Below, piece after piece: positions 48,632 through 62,544 of a stretch of 64,000 nt of DNA (position 1 is its first letter; each line of letters begins with the position of its first letter). A program made the position numbers and the translations under genes. The DNA comes from Mytilus trossulus (taxonomy: Eukaryota). The stretch is from contig NW_026963290.1 in NCBI RefSeq assembly GCF_036588685.1, positions 5,332,001-5,396,000 on the forward strand, in the 5' to 3' direction. The notes below the pieces were generated by a model that was not told the origin of the DNA, did not search any database, and saw only the letters and a list, made by a program, of their open reading frames with translations.

Positions 48632-48705
48632 AGCCTTCAGAGAGAGTCGAACTCTCGACCTCCAGTTTACTAGACTGGCGCTCTAACCAACTGAGCTATG
48701 AAGGC
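48632..48705 (-). tRNA. trnT: tRNA-Thr(AGT)
   Basis: Identical array copy. Confidence 0.96.
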
Positions 48706-49138
48706 TCCATGATAAATGATTTGAAATATTCAATATTTATATCTAGACTTACTCTTCCGTGATCTATGGGCAAGTATATACAGGTGCACACTAATAGGCA
48801 GAGAAAAACTAGCATTGTAGACATTATGCAGTTGCTTCTGTTTCATTTTACCTAAGTATGAGACGACACGGTCGATTTTATGTTGATACATCGATTTGTC
48901 TTCCTATTGTGTTATCTTATCATATTTACTATTTCTGTTTCTAGGAATATATACTGATAGATGAATTTACAAAACACAATTTCCAATTACCTGCAATTTG
49001 TGATGACGCTAAATAACCATAACGAAACACTTTGCATGTTTTTTGACGGTCGAATGTTACCGCTAGATATAAGTATACAATTCTGATGTCTGAAACTATT
49101 CTGTCGCCATAGCTCAGTCGGTTGACGGCCAGACAGGG

Positions 49139-50791
49139 GAAAAAGTCGAGTACACCTTTAACGGATATAGACGTATATTTTGCTTGTCCTGTTTTGAAGT
49201 TATATTTTTCTATTGGATTTGGATATTACCAGCCGGAATAGTTAAAAACGCTTTCATAACAGTAATGTAAGTTTTATTACTGACATTTTTGCAAAAATAA
49301 TGCCTTAATTTGATATTTGAGTGAACTTTACTTCTTCATGTGTAAATATTGAGGTACGAAGAAGGGATATTGTAATGGAGAAATTACCAAAACCATTAGT
49401 TGCGCTTATTAACAGTATAGTAGACGAATATGAACATTTTAATTGGAATTCGAATTACTTAGGTGATAAAATGAGAATTTCGTTGATTTGGACCAGAGGT
49501 GAATATGTGAATACAAACAAAGGTGTAAAACACAAGTCGAAATCAAGTAAAGCCAGGGACACTAAACGGTTAAAAACGTGGCAAGATAAGAAAGAAAATT
49601 TACATAACGACGATGATATAGATACTAGTGATATAGATACTGATAGTTCAGAGGAAGATATGAGCGAATCAAGTGATGAAAATCAACAAATCGACAAGGT
49701 AGATATCCCGCTGGTAACCCCCGAAAAAGTAAACATTAGACCGGTTACGAAAATTACTCACCCGGTACGAGTGTCTATTAATAAGTCAATCAATAAAAAC
49801 AATCATGAATCGCCACCAGAAAAAAGAGTGTGTCGTAGTTCGATATATGGAACGAGTGTGGAAGTTCAAAAACAAAGTGTACACACAAATATAAAGGAAT
49901 GTGAACATGTAGAAATAGATGACGAAATAAAAACAGTCGCATCTAAATCGATAATAACCGGGAACAGTCCATGTAATGACAGCCACTATCAGAAAATAGT
50001 GTTTAATAGACGATCAGAAGGTGATCTCGTGTTAGGAAAAATTAAAAAGAGAGATACAATAGTTATTTGTAATACAACAAAGAAGAAAATAAATCATGTG
50101 AATCTTGATACGAACAAATCAGGTTATGAAGACACAATGTATTATATTAATAGATATAAAGATTTGAGAAAAACGGACGATGAAGAAATAAGTAGTTATG
50201 TTTTTCATGTTCCGAAATTAGAAAGATACGCGGAAGTTCACAAACTTTGTCCGTGGTGTTTTTTGGAATGAACAGTTATTTGGGGAAAAACCAAGATCCG
50301 TTTCATGCGTGAATTAACTCTTTAATTATATTGTTTATTATGTATCAAAACTTAGGTTTGGAAACCAACCTATTTTTGTTAGGACTTAAAAATATTAGTT
50401 AAATATAACATTTGCGTATGCTAACATTTTGTGTATTTTTTTCTTGTAATAGTTCAAAGGCTATTTTATTGTTTTATATATAAAAAAGAAAATATAAAAA
50501 AAAGGAAGTATATTCATACAATTAGTCTATCATAGGATAGATTTATTAAAAAAGTGACATTAATATAATCAGTTTGGTATATGAGAATTTGATGACTTAG
50601 AGTAAATGAGCGATTTGTTGAATTGAGTAAATGAGCGAGCTGTTGACTTAGAGTAAATGAGCGATTTGTTGTTGTTGTTTTTTTCTTTTCAGGGAAAAAT
50701 GACAATAATTGACATAAATGTTTGATATATGTGTAATTGTAATCTGTGATATGTATATAGAAGTGAGATTATAATAAAGATAAAAAAAAAA
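49139..50791 (+). mobile_element. 1,653-bp RT-less, protein-coding retroposed element (copy 2)
   Basis: Same TSD (49124-49138 / 50792-50806), same A10 tail, offset 4,536 bp from copy 1. Confidence 0.9.
49375..50271 (+). CDS. Hypothetical protein identical to 44839-45735
   Basis: Identical translation in the ORF track (49321-50271). Confidence 0.75.
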   Translation: MEKLPKPLVALINSIVDEYEHFNWNSNYLGDKMRISLIWTRGEYVNTNKGVKHKSKSSKARDTKRLKTWQDKKENLHNDDDIDTSDIDTDSSEEDMSESSDENQQIDKVDIPLVTPEKVNIRPVTKITHPVRVSINKSINKNNHESPPEKRVCRSSIYGTSVEVQKQSVHTNIKECEHVEIDDEIKTVASKSIITGNSPCNDSHYQKIVFNRRSEGDLVLGKIKKRDTIVICNTTKKKINHVNLDTNKSGYEDTMYYINRYKDLRKTDDEEISSYVFHVPKLERYAEVHKLCPWCFLE

Positions 50792-51255
50792 GACGGCCAG
50801 ACAGGGAATACCGAGGACCGCAGTTCGAATCTCACAATGGGTTTTTGAATTTGAGAGCGATATTTTTCTCATTGAACTCAATGTTTTTGACCTGTGCTAT
50901 AAGCCAGATCAAACGTTCAATTCACATTTCTGAATTTGCCCGTATAGATTTTCAAGTGACAATAACCGTAGGCGCTAAAACTTTGTTCACCTTTAGTACC
51001 CCCGAGCCAAACCTTTGGTAGAAATTATTCATGTTCGACTTCTTGTTATCCGCTATTCAACAATTTATTTTCAAATAAAGCAGTCCCAATAGATAGTGTT
51101 TAAACCATTCAACTGATTGCTTAGTAGGCTTACAAACCAGTGTAACTAATCGAGATGTACTTTATGAAAGTTCTTAATGCTATCAGCAATAGGGGGGATG
51201 AATTGACAGTAAGTGTATTTGAGGCTAACTAGAAGAAACTGATAGCAAAAAAAGT

Positions 51256-51329
51256 AGCCTTCAGAGAGAGTCGAACTCTCGACCTCCAGTTTACTAGACT
51301 GGCGCTCTAACCAACTGAGCTATGAAGGC
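51256..51329 (-). tRNA. trnT: tRNA-Thr(AGT)
   Basis: Identical array copy. Confidence 0.96.
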
Positions 51330-52211
51330 TCCATGATAAATGATTTGAAATATTCAATATTTATATCTAGACTTACTCTTCCGTGATCTATGGGCAAGTA
51401 TATACAGGTGCACACTAATAGGCAGAGAAAAACTAGCATTGTAGACATTATGCAGTTGCTTCTGTTTCATTTTACCTAAGTATGAGACGACACGGTCGAT
51501 TTTATGTTGATACATCGATTTGTCTTCCTATTGTGTTATCTTATCATATTTACTATTTCTGTTTCTAGGAATATATACTGATAGATGAATTTACAAAACA
51601 CAATTTCCAATTACCTGCAATTTGTGATGACGCTAAATAACCATAACGAAACACTTTGCATGTTTTTTGACGGTCGAATGTTACCGCTAGATATAAGTAT
51701 ACAATTCTGATGTCTGAAACTATTCTGTCGCCATAGCTCAGTCGGTTGACGGCCAGACAGGGAATACCGAGGACCGCAGTTCGAATCTCACAATGGGTTT
51801 TTGAATTTGAGAGCGATATTTTTCTCATTGAACTCAATGTTTTTGACCTGTGCTATAAGCCAGATCAAACGTTCAATTCACATTTCTGAATTTGCCCGTA
51901 TAGATTTTCAAGTGACAATAACCGTAGGCGCTAAAACTTTGTTCACCTTTAGTACCCCCGAGCCAAACCTTTGGTAGAAATTATTCATGTTCGACTTCTT
52001 GTTATCCGCTATTCAACAATTTATTTTCAAATAAAGCAGTCCCAATAGATAGTGTTTAAACCATTCAACTGATTGCTTAGTAGGCTTACAAACCAGTGTA
52101 ACTAATCGAGATGTACTTTATGAAAGTTCTTAATGCTATCAGCAATAGGGGGGATGAATTGACAGTAAGTGTATTTGAGGCTAACTAGAAGAAACTGATA
52201 GCAAAAAAAGT

Positions 52212-52285
52212 AGCCTTCAGAGAGAGTCGAACTCTCGACCTCCAGTTTACTAGACTGGCGCTCTAACCAACTGAGCTATGAAGGC
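52212..52285 (-). tRNA. trnT: tRNA-Thr(AGT)
   Basis: Identical array copy. Confidence 0.96.
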
Positions 52286-53167
52286 TCCATGATAAATGAT
52301 TTGAAATATTCAATATTTATATCTAGACTTACTCTTCCGTGATCTATGGGCAAGTATATACAGGTGCACACTAATAGGCAGAGAAAAACTAGCATTGTAG
52401 ACATTATGCAGTTGCTTCTGTTTCATTTTACCTAAGTATGAGACGACACGGTCGATTTTATGTTGATACATCGATTTGTCTTCCTATTGTGTTATCTTAT
52501 CATATTTACTATTTCTGTTTCTAGGAATATATACTGATAGATGAATTTACAAAACAGAATTTCCAATTACCTGCAATTTGTGATGACGCTAAATAACCAT
52601 AACGAAACACTTTGCATGTTTTTTGACGGTCGAATGTTACCGCTAGATATAAGTATACAATTCTGATGTCTGAAACTATTCTGTCGCCATAGCTCAGTCG
52701 GTTGACGGCCAGACAGGGAATACCGAGGACCGCAGTTCGAATCTCACAGTGGGTTTTTGAATTTGAGAGCGATATTTTTCTCATTGAACTCAATGTTTTT
52801 GACCTGTGCTATAAGCCAGATCAAACGTTCAATTCACATTTCTGAATTTGCCCGTATAGATTTTCAAGTGACAATAACCGTAGGCGCTAAAACTTTGTTC
52901 ACCTTTAGTACCCCCGAGCCAAACCTTTGGTAGAAATTATTCATGTTCGACTTCTTGTTATCCGCTATTCAACAATTTATTTTCAAATAAAGCAGTCCCA
53001 ATAGATAGTGTTTAAACCATTCAACTGATTGCTTAGTAGGCTTACAAACCAGTGTAACTAATCGAGATGTACTTTATGAAAGTTCTTAATGCTATCAGCA
53101 ATAGGGGGGATGAATTGACAGTAAGTGTATTTGAGGCTAACTAGAAGAAACTGATAGCAAAAAAAGT

Positions 53168-53241
53168 AGCCTTCAGAGAGAGTCGAACTCTCGACCTCCA
53201 GTTTACTAGACTGGCGCTCTAACCAACTGAGCTATGAAGGC
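53168..53241 (-). tRNA. trnT: tRNA-Thr(AGT)
   Basis: Identical array copy. Confidence 0.96.
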
Positions 53242-54123
53242 TCCATGATAAATGATTTGAAATATTCAATATTTATATCTAGACTTACTCTTCCGTGATC
53301 TATGGGCAAGTATATACAGGTGCACACTAATAGGCAGAGAAAAACTAGCATTGTAGACATTATGCAGTTGCTTCTGTTTCATTTTACCTAAGTATGAGAC
53401 GACACGGTCGATTTTATGTTGATACATCGATTTGTCTTCCTATTGTGTTATCTTATCATATTTACTATTTCTGTTTCTAGGAATATATACTGATAGATGA
53501 ATTTACAAAACACAATTTCCAATTACCTGCAATTTGTGATGACGCTAAATAACCATAACGAAACACTTTGCATGTTTTTTGACGGTCGAATGTTACCGCT
53601 AGATATAAGTATACAATTCTGATGTCTGAAACTATTCTGTCGCCATAGCTCAGTCGGTTGACGGCCAGACAGGGAATACCGAGGACCGCAGTTCGAATCT
53701 CACAGTGGGTTTTTGAATTTGAGAGCGATATTTTTCTCATTGAACTCAATGTTTTTGACCTGTGCTATAAGCCAGATCAAACGTTCAATTCACATTTCTG
53801 AATTTGCCCGTATAGATTTTCAAGTGACAATAACCGTAGGCGCTAAAACTTTGTTCACCTTTAGTACCCCCGAGCCAAACCTTTGGTAGAAATTATTCAT
53901 GTTCGACTTCTTGTTATCCGCTATTCAACAATTTATTTTCAAATAAAGCAGTCCCAATAGATAGTGTTTAAACCATTCAACTGATTGCTTAGTAGGCTTA
54001 CAAACCAGTGTAACTAATCGAGATGTACTTTATGAAAGTTCTTAATGCTATCAGCAATAGGGGGGATGAATTGACAGTAAGTGTATTTGAGGCTAACTAG
54101 AAGAAACTGATAGCAAAAAAAGT

Positions 54124-54197
54124 AGCCTTCAGAGAGAGTCGAACTCTCGACCTCCAGTTTACTAGACTGGCGCTCTAACCAACTGAGCTATGAAGGC
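54124..54197 (-). tRNA. trnT: tRNA-Thr(AGT)
   Basis: Identical array copy. Confidence 0.96.
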
Positions 54198-54391
54198 TCC
54201 ATGATAAATGATTTGAAATATTCAATATTTATATCTAGACTTACTCTTCCGTGATCTATGGGCAAGTATATACAGGTGCACACTAATAGGCAGAGAAAAA
54301 CTAGCATTGTAGACATTATGCAGTTGCTTCTGTTTCATTTTACCTAAGTATGAGACGACACGGTCGATTTTATGTTGATACATCGATTTGT

Positions 54392-55089
54392 CTTCCTATT
54401 GTGTTATCTTATCATATTTACTATTTCTGTTTCTAGGAATATATACTGATAGATGAATTTACAAAACAGAATTTCCAATTACCTGCAATTTGTGATGACG
54501 CTAAATAACCATAACGAAACACTTTGCATGTTTTTTGACGGTCGAATGTTACCGCTAGATATAAGTATACAATTCTGATGTCTGAAACTATTCTGTCGCC
54601 ATAGCTCAGTCGGTTGACGGCCAGACAGGGAATACCGAGGACCGCAGTTCGAATCTCACAATGGGTTTTTGAATTTGAGAGCGATATTTTTCTCATTGAA
54701 CTCAATGTTTTTGACCTGTGCTATAAGCCAGATCAAACGTCTTCCTATTGTGTTATCTTATCATATTTACTATTTCTGTTTCTAGGAATATATACTGATA
54801 GATGAATTTACAAAACAGAATTTCCAATTACCTGCAATTTGTGATGACGCTAAATAACCATAACGAAACACTTTGCATGTTTTTTGACGGTCGAATGTTA
54901 CCGCTAGATATAAGTATACAATTCTGATGTCTGAAACTATTCTGTCGCCATAGCTCAGTCGGTTGACGGCCAGACAGGGAATACCGAGGACCGCAGTTCG
55001 AATCTCACAATGGGTTTTTGAATTTGAGAGCGATATTTTTCTCATTGAACTCAATGTTTTTGACCTGTGCTATAAGCCAGATCAAACGT
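54392..55089. repeat. 349-bp internal tandem duplication containing the tRNA-like element
   Basis: Junction gatcaaacGT|cttcctattg at 54740 with 2-bp microhomology. Confidence 0.9.
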
Positions 55090-55428
55090 TCAATTCACAT
55101 TTCTGAATTTGCCCGTATAGATTTTCAAGTGACAATAACCGTAGGCGCTAAAACTTTGTTCACCTTTAGTACCCCCGAGCCAAACCTTTGGTAGAAATTA
55201 TTCATGTTCGACTTCTTGTTATCCGCTATTCAACAATTTATTTTCAAATAAAGCAGTCCCAATAGATAGTGTTTAAACCATTCAACTGATTGCTTAGTAG
55301 GCTTACAAACCAGTGTAACTAATCGAGATGTACTTTATGAAAGTTCTTAATGCTATCAGCAATAGGGGGGATGAATTGACAGTAAGTGTATTTGAGGCTA
55401 ACTAGAAGAAACTGATAGCAAAAAAAGT

Positions 55429-55502
55429 AGCCTTCAGAGAGAGTCGAACTCTCGACCTCCAGTTTACTAGACTGGCGCTCTAACCAACTGAGCTATGAAG
55501 GC
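55429..55502 (-). tRNA. trnT: tRNA-Thr(AGT)
   Basis: Identical array copy. Confidence 0.96.
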
Positions 55503-55696
55503 TCCATGATAAATGATTTGAAATATTCAATATTTATATCTAGACTTACTCTTCCGTGATCTATGGGCAAGTATATACAGGTGCACACTAATAGGCAGAG
55601 AAAAACTAGCATTGTAGACATTATGCAGTTGCTTCTGTTTCATTTTACCTAAGTATGAGACGACACGGTCGATTTTATGTTGATACATCGATTTGT

Positions 55697-56394
55697 CTTC
55701 CTATTGTGTTATCTTATCATATTTACTATTTCTGTTTCTAGGAATATATACTGATAGATGAATTTACAAAACAGAATTTCCAATTACCTGCAATTTGTGA
55801 TGACGCTAAATAACCATAACGAAACACTTTGCATGTTTTTTGACGGTCGAATGTTACCGCTAGATATAAGTATACAATTCTGATGTCTGAAACTATTCTG
55901 TCGCCATAGCTCAGTCGGTTGACGGCCAGACAGGGAATACCGAGGACCGCAGTTCGAATCTCACAATGGGTTTTTGAATTTGAGAGCGATATTTTTCTCA
56001 TTGAACTCAATGTGTTTGACCTGTGCTATAAGCCAGATCAAACGTCTTCCTATTGTGTTATCTTATCATATTTACTATTTCTGTTTCTAGGAATATATAC
56101 TGATAGATGAATTTACAAAACAGAATTTCCAATTACCTGCAATTTGTGATGACGCTAAATAACCATAACGAAACACTTTGCATGTTTTTTGACGGTCGAA
56201 TGTTACCGCTAGATATAAGTATACAATTCTGATGTCTGAAACTATTCTGTCGCCATAGCTCAGTCGGTTGACGGCCAGACAGGGAATACCGAGGACCGCA
56301 GTTCGAATCTCACAATGGGTTTTTGAATTTGAGAGCGATATTTTTCTCATTGAACTCAATGTTTTTGACCTGTGCTATAAGCCAGATCAAACGT
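55697..56394. repeat. Second copy of the 349-bp internal tandem duplication
   Basis: Same junction at 56045. Confidence 0.9.
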
Positions 56395-56733
56395 TCAATT
56401 CACATTTCTGAATTTGCCCGTATAGATTTTCAAGTGACAATAACCGTAGGCGCTAAAACTTTGTTCACCTTTAGTACCCCCGAGCCAAACCTTTGGTAGA
56501 AATTATTCATGTTCGACTTCTTGTTATCCGCTATTCAACAATTTATTTTCAAATAAAGCAGTCCCAATAGATAGTGTTTAAACCATTCAACTGATTGCTT
56601 AGTAGGCTTACAAACCAGTGTAACTAATCGAGATGTACTTTATGAAAGTTCTTAATGCTATCAGCAATAGGGGGGATGAATTGACAGTAAGTGTATTTGA
56701 GGCTAACTAGAAGAAACTGATAGCAAAAAAAGT

Positions 56734-56807
56734 AGCCTTCAGAGAGAGTCGAACTCTCGACCTCCAGTTTACTAGACTGGCGCTCTAACCAACTGAGCTA
56801 TGAAGGC
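56734..56807 (-). tRNA. trnT: tRNA-Thr(AGT)
   Basis: Identical array copy. Confidence 0.96.
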
Positions 56808-57689
56808 TCCATGATAAATGATTTGAAATATTCAATATTTATATCTAGACTTACTCTTCCGTGATCTATGGGCAAGTATATACAGGTGCACACTAATAGG
56901 CAGAGAAAAACTAGCATTGTAGACATTATGCAGTTGCTTCTGTTTCATTTTACCTAAGTATGAGACGACACGGTCGATTTTATGTTGATACATCGATTTG
57001 TCTTCCTATTGTGTTATCTTATCATATTTACTATTTCTGTTTCTAGGAATATATACTGATAGATGAATTTACAAAACACAATTTCCAATTACCTGCAATT
57101 TGTGATGACGCTAAATAACCATAACGAAACACTTTGCATGTTTTTTGACGGTCGAATGTTACCGCTAGATATAAGTATACAATTCTGATGTCTGAAACTA
57201 TTCTGTCGCCATAGCTCAGTCGGTTGACGGCCAGACAGGGAATACCGAGGACCGCAGTTCGAATCTCACAATGGGTTTTTGAATTTGAGAGCGATATTTT
57301 TCTCATTGAACTCAATGTTTTTGACCTGTGCTATAAGCCAGATCAAACGTTCAATTCACATTTCTGAATTTGCCCGTATAGATTTTCAAGTGACAATAAC
57401 CGTAGGCGCTAAAACTTTGTTCACCTTTAGTACCCCCGAGCCAAACCTTTGGTAGAAATTATTCATGTTCGACTTCTTGTTATCCGCTATTCAACAATTT
57501 ATTTTCAAATAAAGCAGTCCCAATAGATAGTGTTTAAACCATTCAACTGATTGCTTAGTAGGCTTACAAACCAGTGTAACTAATCGAGATGTACTTTATG
57601 AAAGTTCTTAATGCTATCAGCAATAGGGGGGATGAATTGACAGTAAGTGTATTTGAGGCTAACTAGAAGAAACTGATAGCAAAAAAAGT

Positions 57690-57763
57690 AGCCTTCAGAG
57701 AGAGTCGAACTCTCGACCTCCAGTTTACTAGACTGGCGCTCTAACCAACTGAGCTATGAAGGC
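57690..57763 (-). tRNA. trnT: tRNA-Thr(AGT)
   Basis: Identical array copy. Confidence 0.96.
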
Positions 57764-58645
57764 TCCATGATAAATGATTTGAAATATTCAATATTTATAT
57801 CTAGACTTACTCTTCCGTGATCTATGGGCAAGTATATACAGGTGCACACTAATAGGCAGAGAAAAACTAGCATTGTAGACATTATGCAGTTGCTTCTGTT
57901 TCATTTTACCTAAGTATGAGACGACACGGTCGATTTTATGTTGATACATCGATTTGTCTTCCTATTGTGTTATCTTATCATATTTACTATTTCTGTTTCT
58001 AGGAATATATACTGATAGATGAATTTACAAAACACAATTTCCAATTACCTGCAATTTGTGATGACGCTAAATAACCATAACGAAACACTTTGCATGTTTT
58101 TTGACGGTCGAATGTTACCGCTAGATATAAGTATACAATTCTGATGTCTGAAACTATTCTGTCGCCATAGCTCAGTCGGTTGACGGCCAGACAGGGAATA
58201 CCGAGGACCGCAGTTCGAATCTCACAATGGGTTTTTGAATTTGAGAGCGATATTTTTCTCATTGAACTCAATGTTTTTGACCTGTGCTATAAGCCAGATC
58301 AAACGTTCAATTCACATTTCTGAATTTGCCCGTATAGATTTTCAAGTGACAATAACCGTAGGCGCTAAAACTTTGTTCACCTTTAGTACCCCCGAGCCAA
58401 ACCTTTGGTAGAAATTATTCATGTTCGACTTCTTGTTATCCGCTATTCAACAATTTATTTTCAAATAAAGCAGTCCCAATAGATAGTGTTTAAACCATTC
58501 AACTGATTGCTTAGTAGGCTTACAAACCAGTGTAACTAATCGAGATGTACTTTATGAAAGTTCTTAATGCTATCAGCAATAGGGGGGATGAATTGACAGT
58601 AAGTGTATTTGAGGCTAACTAGAAGAAACTGATAGCAAAAAAAGT

Positions 58646-58719
58646 AGCCTTCAGAGAGAGTCGAACTCTCGACCTCCAGTTTACTAGACTGGCGCTCTAA
58701 CCAACTGAGCTATGAAGGC
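58646..58719 (-). tRNA. trnT: tRNA-Thr(AGT)
   Basis: Identical array copy. Confidence 0.96.
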
Positions 58720-59601
58720 TCCATGATAAATGATTTGAAATATTCAATATTTATATCTAGACTTACTCTTCCGTGATCTATGGGCAAGTATATACAGGTG
58801 CACACTAATAGGCAGAGAAAAACTAGCATTGTAGACATTATGCAGTTGCTTCTGTTTCATTTTACCTAAGTATGAGACGACACGGTCGATTTTATGTTGA
58901 TACATCGATTTGTCTTCCTATTGTGTTATCTTATCATATTTACTATTTCTGTTTCTAGGAATATATACTGATAGATGAATTTACAAAACACAATTTCCAA
59001 TTACCTGCAATTTGTGATGACGCTAAATAACCATAACGAAACACTTTGCATGTTTTTTGACGGTCGAATGTTACCGCTAGATATAAGTATACAATTCTGA
59101 TGTCTGAAACTATTCTGTCGCCATAGCTCAGTCGGTTGACGGCCAGACAGGGAATACCGAGGACCGCAGTTCGAATCTCACAATGGGTTTTTGAATTTGA
59201 GAGCGATATTTTTCTCATTGAACTCAATGTTTTTGACCTGTGCTATAAGCCAGATCAAACGTTCAATTCACATTTCTGAATTTGCCCGTATAGATTTTCA
59301 AGTGACAATAACCGTAGGCGCTAAAACTTTGTTCACCTTTAGTACCCCCGAGCCAAACCTTTGGTAGAAATTATTCATGTTCGACTTCTTGTTATCCGCT
59401 ATTCAACAATTTATTTTCAAATAAAGCAGTCCCAATAGATAGTGTTTAAACCATTCAACTGATTGCTTAGTAGGCTTACAAACCAGTGTAACTAATCGAG
59501 ATGTACTTTATGAAAGTTCTTAATGCTATCAGCAATAGGGGGGATGAATTGACAGTAAGTGTATTTGAGGCTAACTAGAAGAAACTGATAGCAAAAAAAG
59601 T

Positions 59602-59675
59602 AGCCTTCAGAGAGAGTCGAACTCTCGACCTCCAGTTTACTAGACTGGCGCTCTAACCAACTGAGCTATGAAGGC
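59602..59675 (-). tRNA. trnT: tRNA-Thr(AGT)
   Basis: Identical array copy. Confidence 0.96.
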
Positions 59676-60557
59676 TCCATGATAAATGATTTGAAATATT
59701 CAATATTTATATCTAGACTTACTCTTCCGTGATCTATGGGCAAGTATATACAGGTGCACACTAATAGGCAGAGAAAAACTAGCATTGTAGACATTATGCA
59801 GTTGCTTCTGTTTCATTTTACCTAAGTATGAGACGACACGGTCGATTTTATGTTGATACATCGATTTGTCTTCCTATTGTGTTATCTTATCATATTTACT
59901 ATTTCTGTTTCTAGGAATATATACTGATAGATGAATTTACAAAACACAATTTCCAATTACCTGCAATTTGTGATGACGCTAAATAACCATAACGAAACAC
60001 TTTGCATGTTTTTTGACGGTCGAATGTTACCGCTAGATATAAGTATACAATTCTGATGTCTGAAACTATTCTGTCGCCATAGCTCAGTCGGTTGACGGCC
60101 AGACAGGGAATACCGAGGACCGCAGTTCGAATCTCACAATGGGTTTTTGAATTTGAGAGCGATATTTTTCTCATTGAACTCAATGTTTTTGACCTGTGCT
60201 ATAAGCCAGATCAAACGTTCAATTCACATTTCTGAATTTGCCCGTATAGATTTTCAAGTGACAATAACCGTAGGCGCTAAAACTTTGTTCACCTTTAGTA
60301 CCCCCGAGCCAAACCTTTGGTAGAAATTATTCATGTTCGACTTCTTGTTATCCGCTATTCAACAATTTATTTTCAAATAAAGCAGTCCCAATAGATAGTG
60401 TTTAAACCATTCAACTGATTGCTTAGTAGGCTTACAAACCAGTGTAACTAATCGAGATGTACTTTATGAAAGTTCTTAATGCTATCAGCAATAGGGGGGA
60501 TGAATTGACAGTAAGTGTATTTGAGGCTAACTAGAAGAAACTGATAGCAAAAAAAGT

Positions 60558-60631
60558 AGCCTTCAGAGAGAGTCGAACTCTCGACCTCCAGTTTACTAGA
60601 CTGGCGCTCTAACCAACTGAGCTATGAAGGC
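60558..60631 (-). tRNA. trnT: tRNA-Thr(AGT)
   Basis: Identical array copy. Confidence 0.96.
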
Positions 60632-61514
60632 TCCATGATAAATGATTTGAAATATTCAATATTTATATCTAGACTTACTCTTCCGTGATCTATGGGCAAG
60701 TATATACAGGTGCACACTAATAGGCAGAGAAAAACTAGCATTGTAGACATTATGCAGTTGCTTCTGTTTCATTTTACCTAAGTATGAGACGACACGGTCG
60801 ATTTTATGTTGATACATCGATTTGTCTTCCTATTGTGTTATCTTATCATATTTACTATTTCTGTTTCTAGGAATATATACTGATAGATGAATTTACAAAA
60901 CACAATTTCCAATTACCTGCAATTTGTGATGACGCTAAATAACCATAACGAAACACTTTGCATGTTTTTTTAACGGTCGAATGTTACCGCTAGATATAAG
61001 TATACAATTCTGATGTCTGATACTATTCTGTCGCCATAGCTCAGTCGGTTGACGGCCAGACAGGGAATACCGAGGACCGCAGTTCGAATCTCACAATGGG
61101 TTTTTGAATTTGAGAGCGATATTTTTCTCATTGAACTCAATGTTTTTGACCTGTGCTATAAGCCAGATCAAACGTTCAATTCACATTTCTGAATTTGCCC
61201 GTATAGATTTTCAAGTGACAATAACCGTAGGCGCTAAAACTTTGTTCACCTTTAGTACCCCCGAGCCAAACCTTTGGTAGAAATTATTCATGTTCGACTT
61301 CTTGTTATCCGCTATTCAACAATTTATTTTCAAATAAAGCAGTCCCAATAGATAGTGTTTAAACCATTCAACTGATTGCTTAGTAGGCTTACAAACCAGT
61401 GTAACTAATCGAGATGTACTTTATGAAAGTTCTTAATGCTATCAGCAATAGGGGGGATGAATTGACAGTAAGTGTATTTGAGGCTAACTAGAAGAAACTG
61501 ATAGCAAAAAAAGT

Positions 61515-61588
61515 AGCCTTCAGAGAGAGTCGAACTCTCGACCTCCAGTTTACTAGACTGGCGCTCTAACCAACTGAGCTATGAAGGC
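61515..61588 (-). tRNA. trnT: tRNA-Thr(AGT)
   Basis: Identical array copy. Confidence 0.96.
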
Positions 61589-62470
61589 TCCATGATAAAT
61601 GATTTGAAATATTCAATATTTATATCTAGACTTACTCTTCCGTGATCTATGGGCAAGTATATACAGGTGCACACTAATAGGCAGAGAAAAACTAGCATTG
61701 TAGACATTATGCAGTTGCTTCTGTTTCATTTTACCTAAGTATGAGACGACACGGTCGATTTTATGTTGATACATCGATTTGTCTTCCTATTGTGTTATCT
61801 TATCATATTTACTATTTCTGTTTCTAGGAATATATACTGATAGATGAATTTACAAAACACAATTTCCAATTACCTGCAATTTGTGATGACGCTAAATAAC
61901 CATAACGAAACACTTTGCATGTTTTTTGACGGTCGAATGTTACCGCTAGATATAAGTATACAATTCTGATGTCTGAAACTATTCTGTCGCCATAGCTCAG
62001 TCGGTTGACGGCCAGACAGGGAATACCGAGGACCGCAGTTCGAATCTCACAATGGGTTTTTGAATTTGAGAGCGATATTTTTCTCATTGAACTCAATGTT
62101 TTTGACCTGTGCTATAAGCCAGATCAAACGTTCAATTCACATTTCTGAATTTGCCCGTATAGATTTTCAAGTGACAATAACCGTAGGCGCTAAAACTTTG
62201 TTCACCTTTAGTACCCCCGAGCCAAACCTTTGGTAGAAATTATTCATGTTCGACTTCTTGTTATCCGCTATTCAACAATTTATTTTCAAATAAAGCAGTC
62301 CCAATAGATAGTGTTTAAACCATTCAACTGATTGCTTAGTAGGCTTACAAACCAGTGTAACTAATCGAGATGTACTTTATGAAAGTTCTTAATGCTATCA
62401 GCAATAGGGGGGATGAATTGACAGTAAGTGTATTTGAGGCTAACTAGAAGAAACTGATAGCAAAAAAAGT

Positions 62471-62544
62471 AGCCTTCAGAGAGAGTCGAACTCTCGACCT
62501 CCAGTTTACTAGACTGGCGCTCTAACCAACTGAGCTATGAAGGC
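62471..62544 (-). tRNA. trnT: tRNA-Thr(AGT)
   Basis: Identical array copy. Confidence 0.96.
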
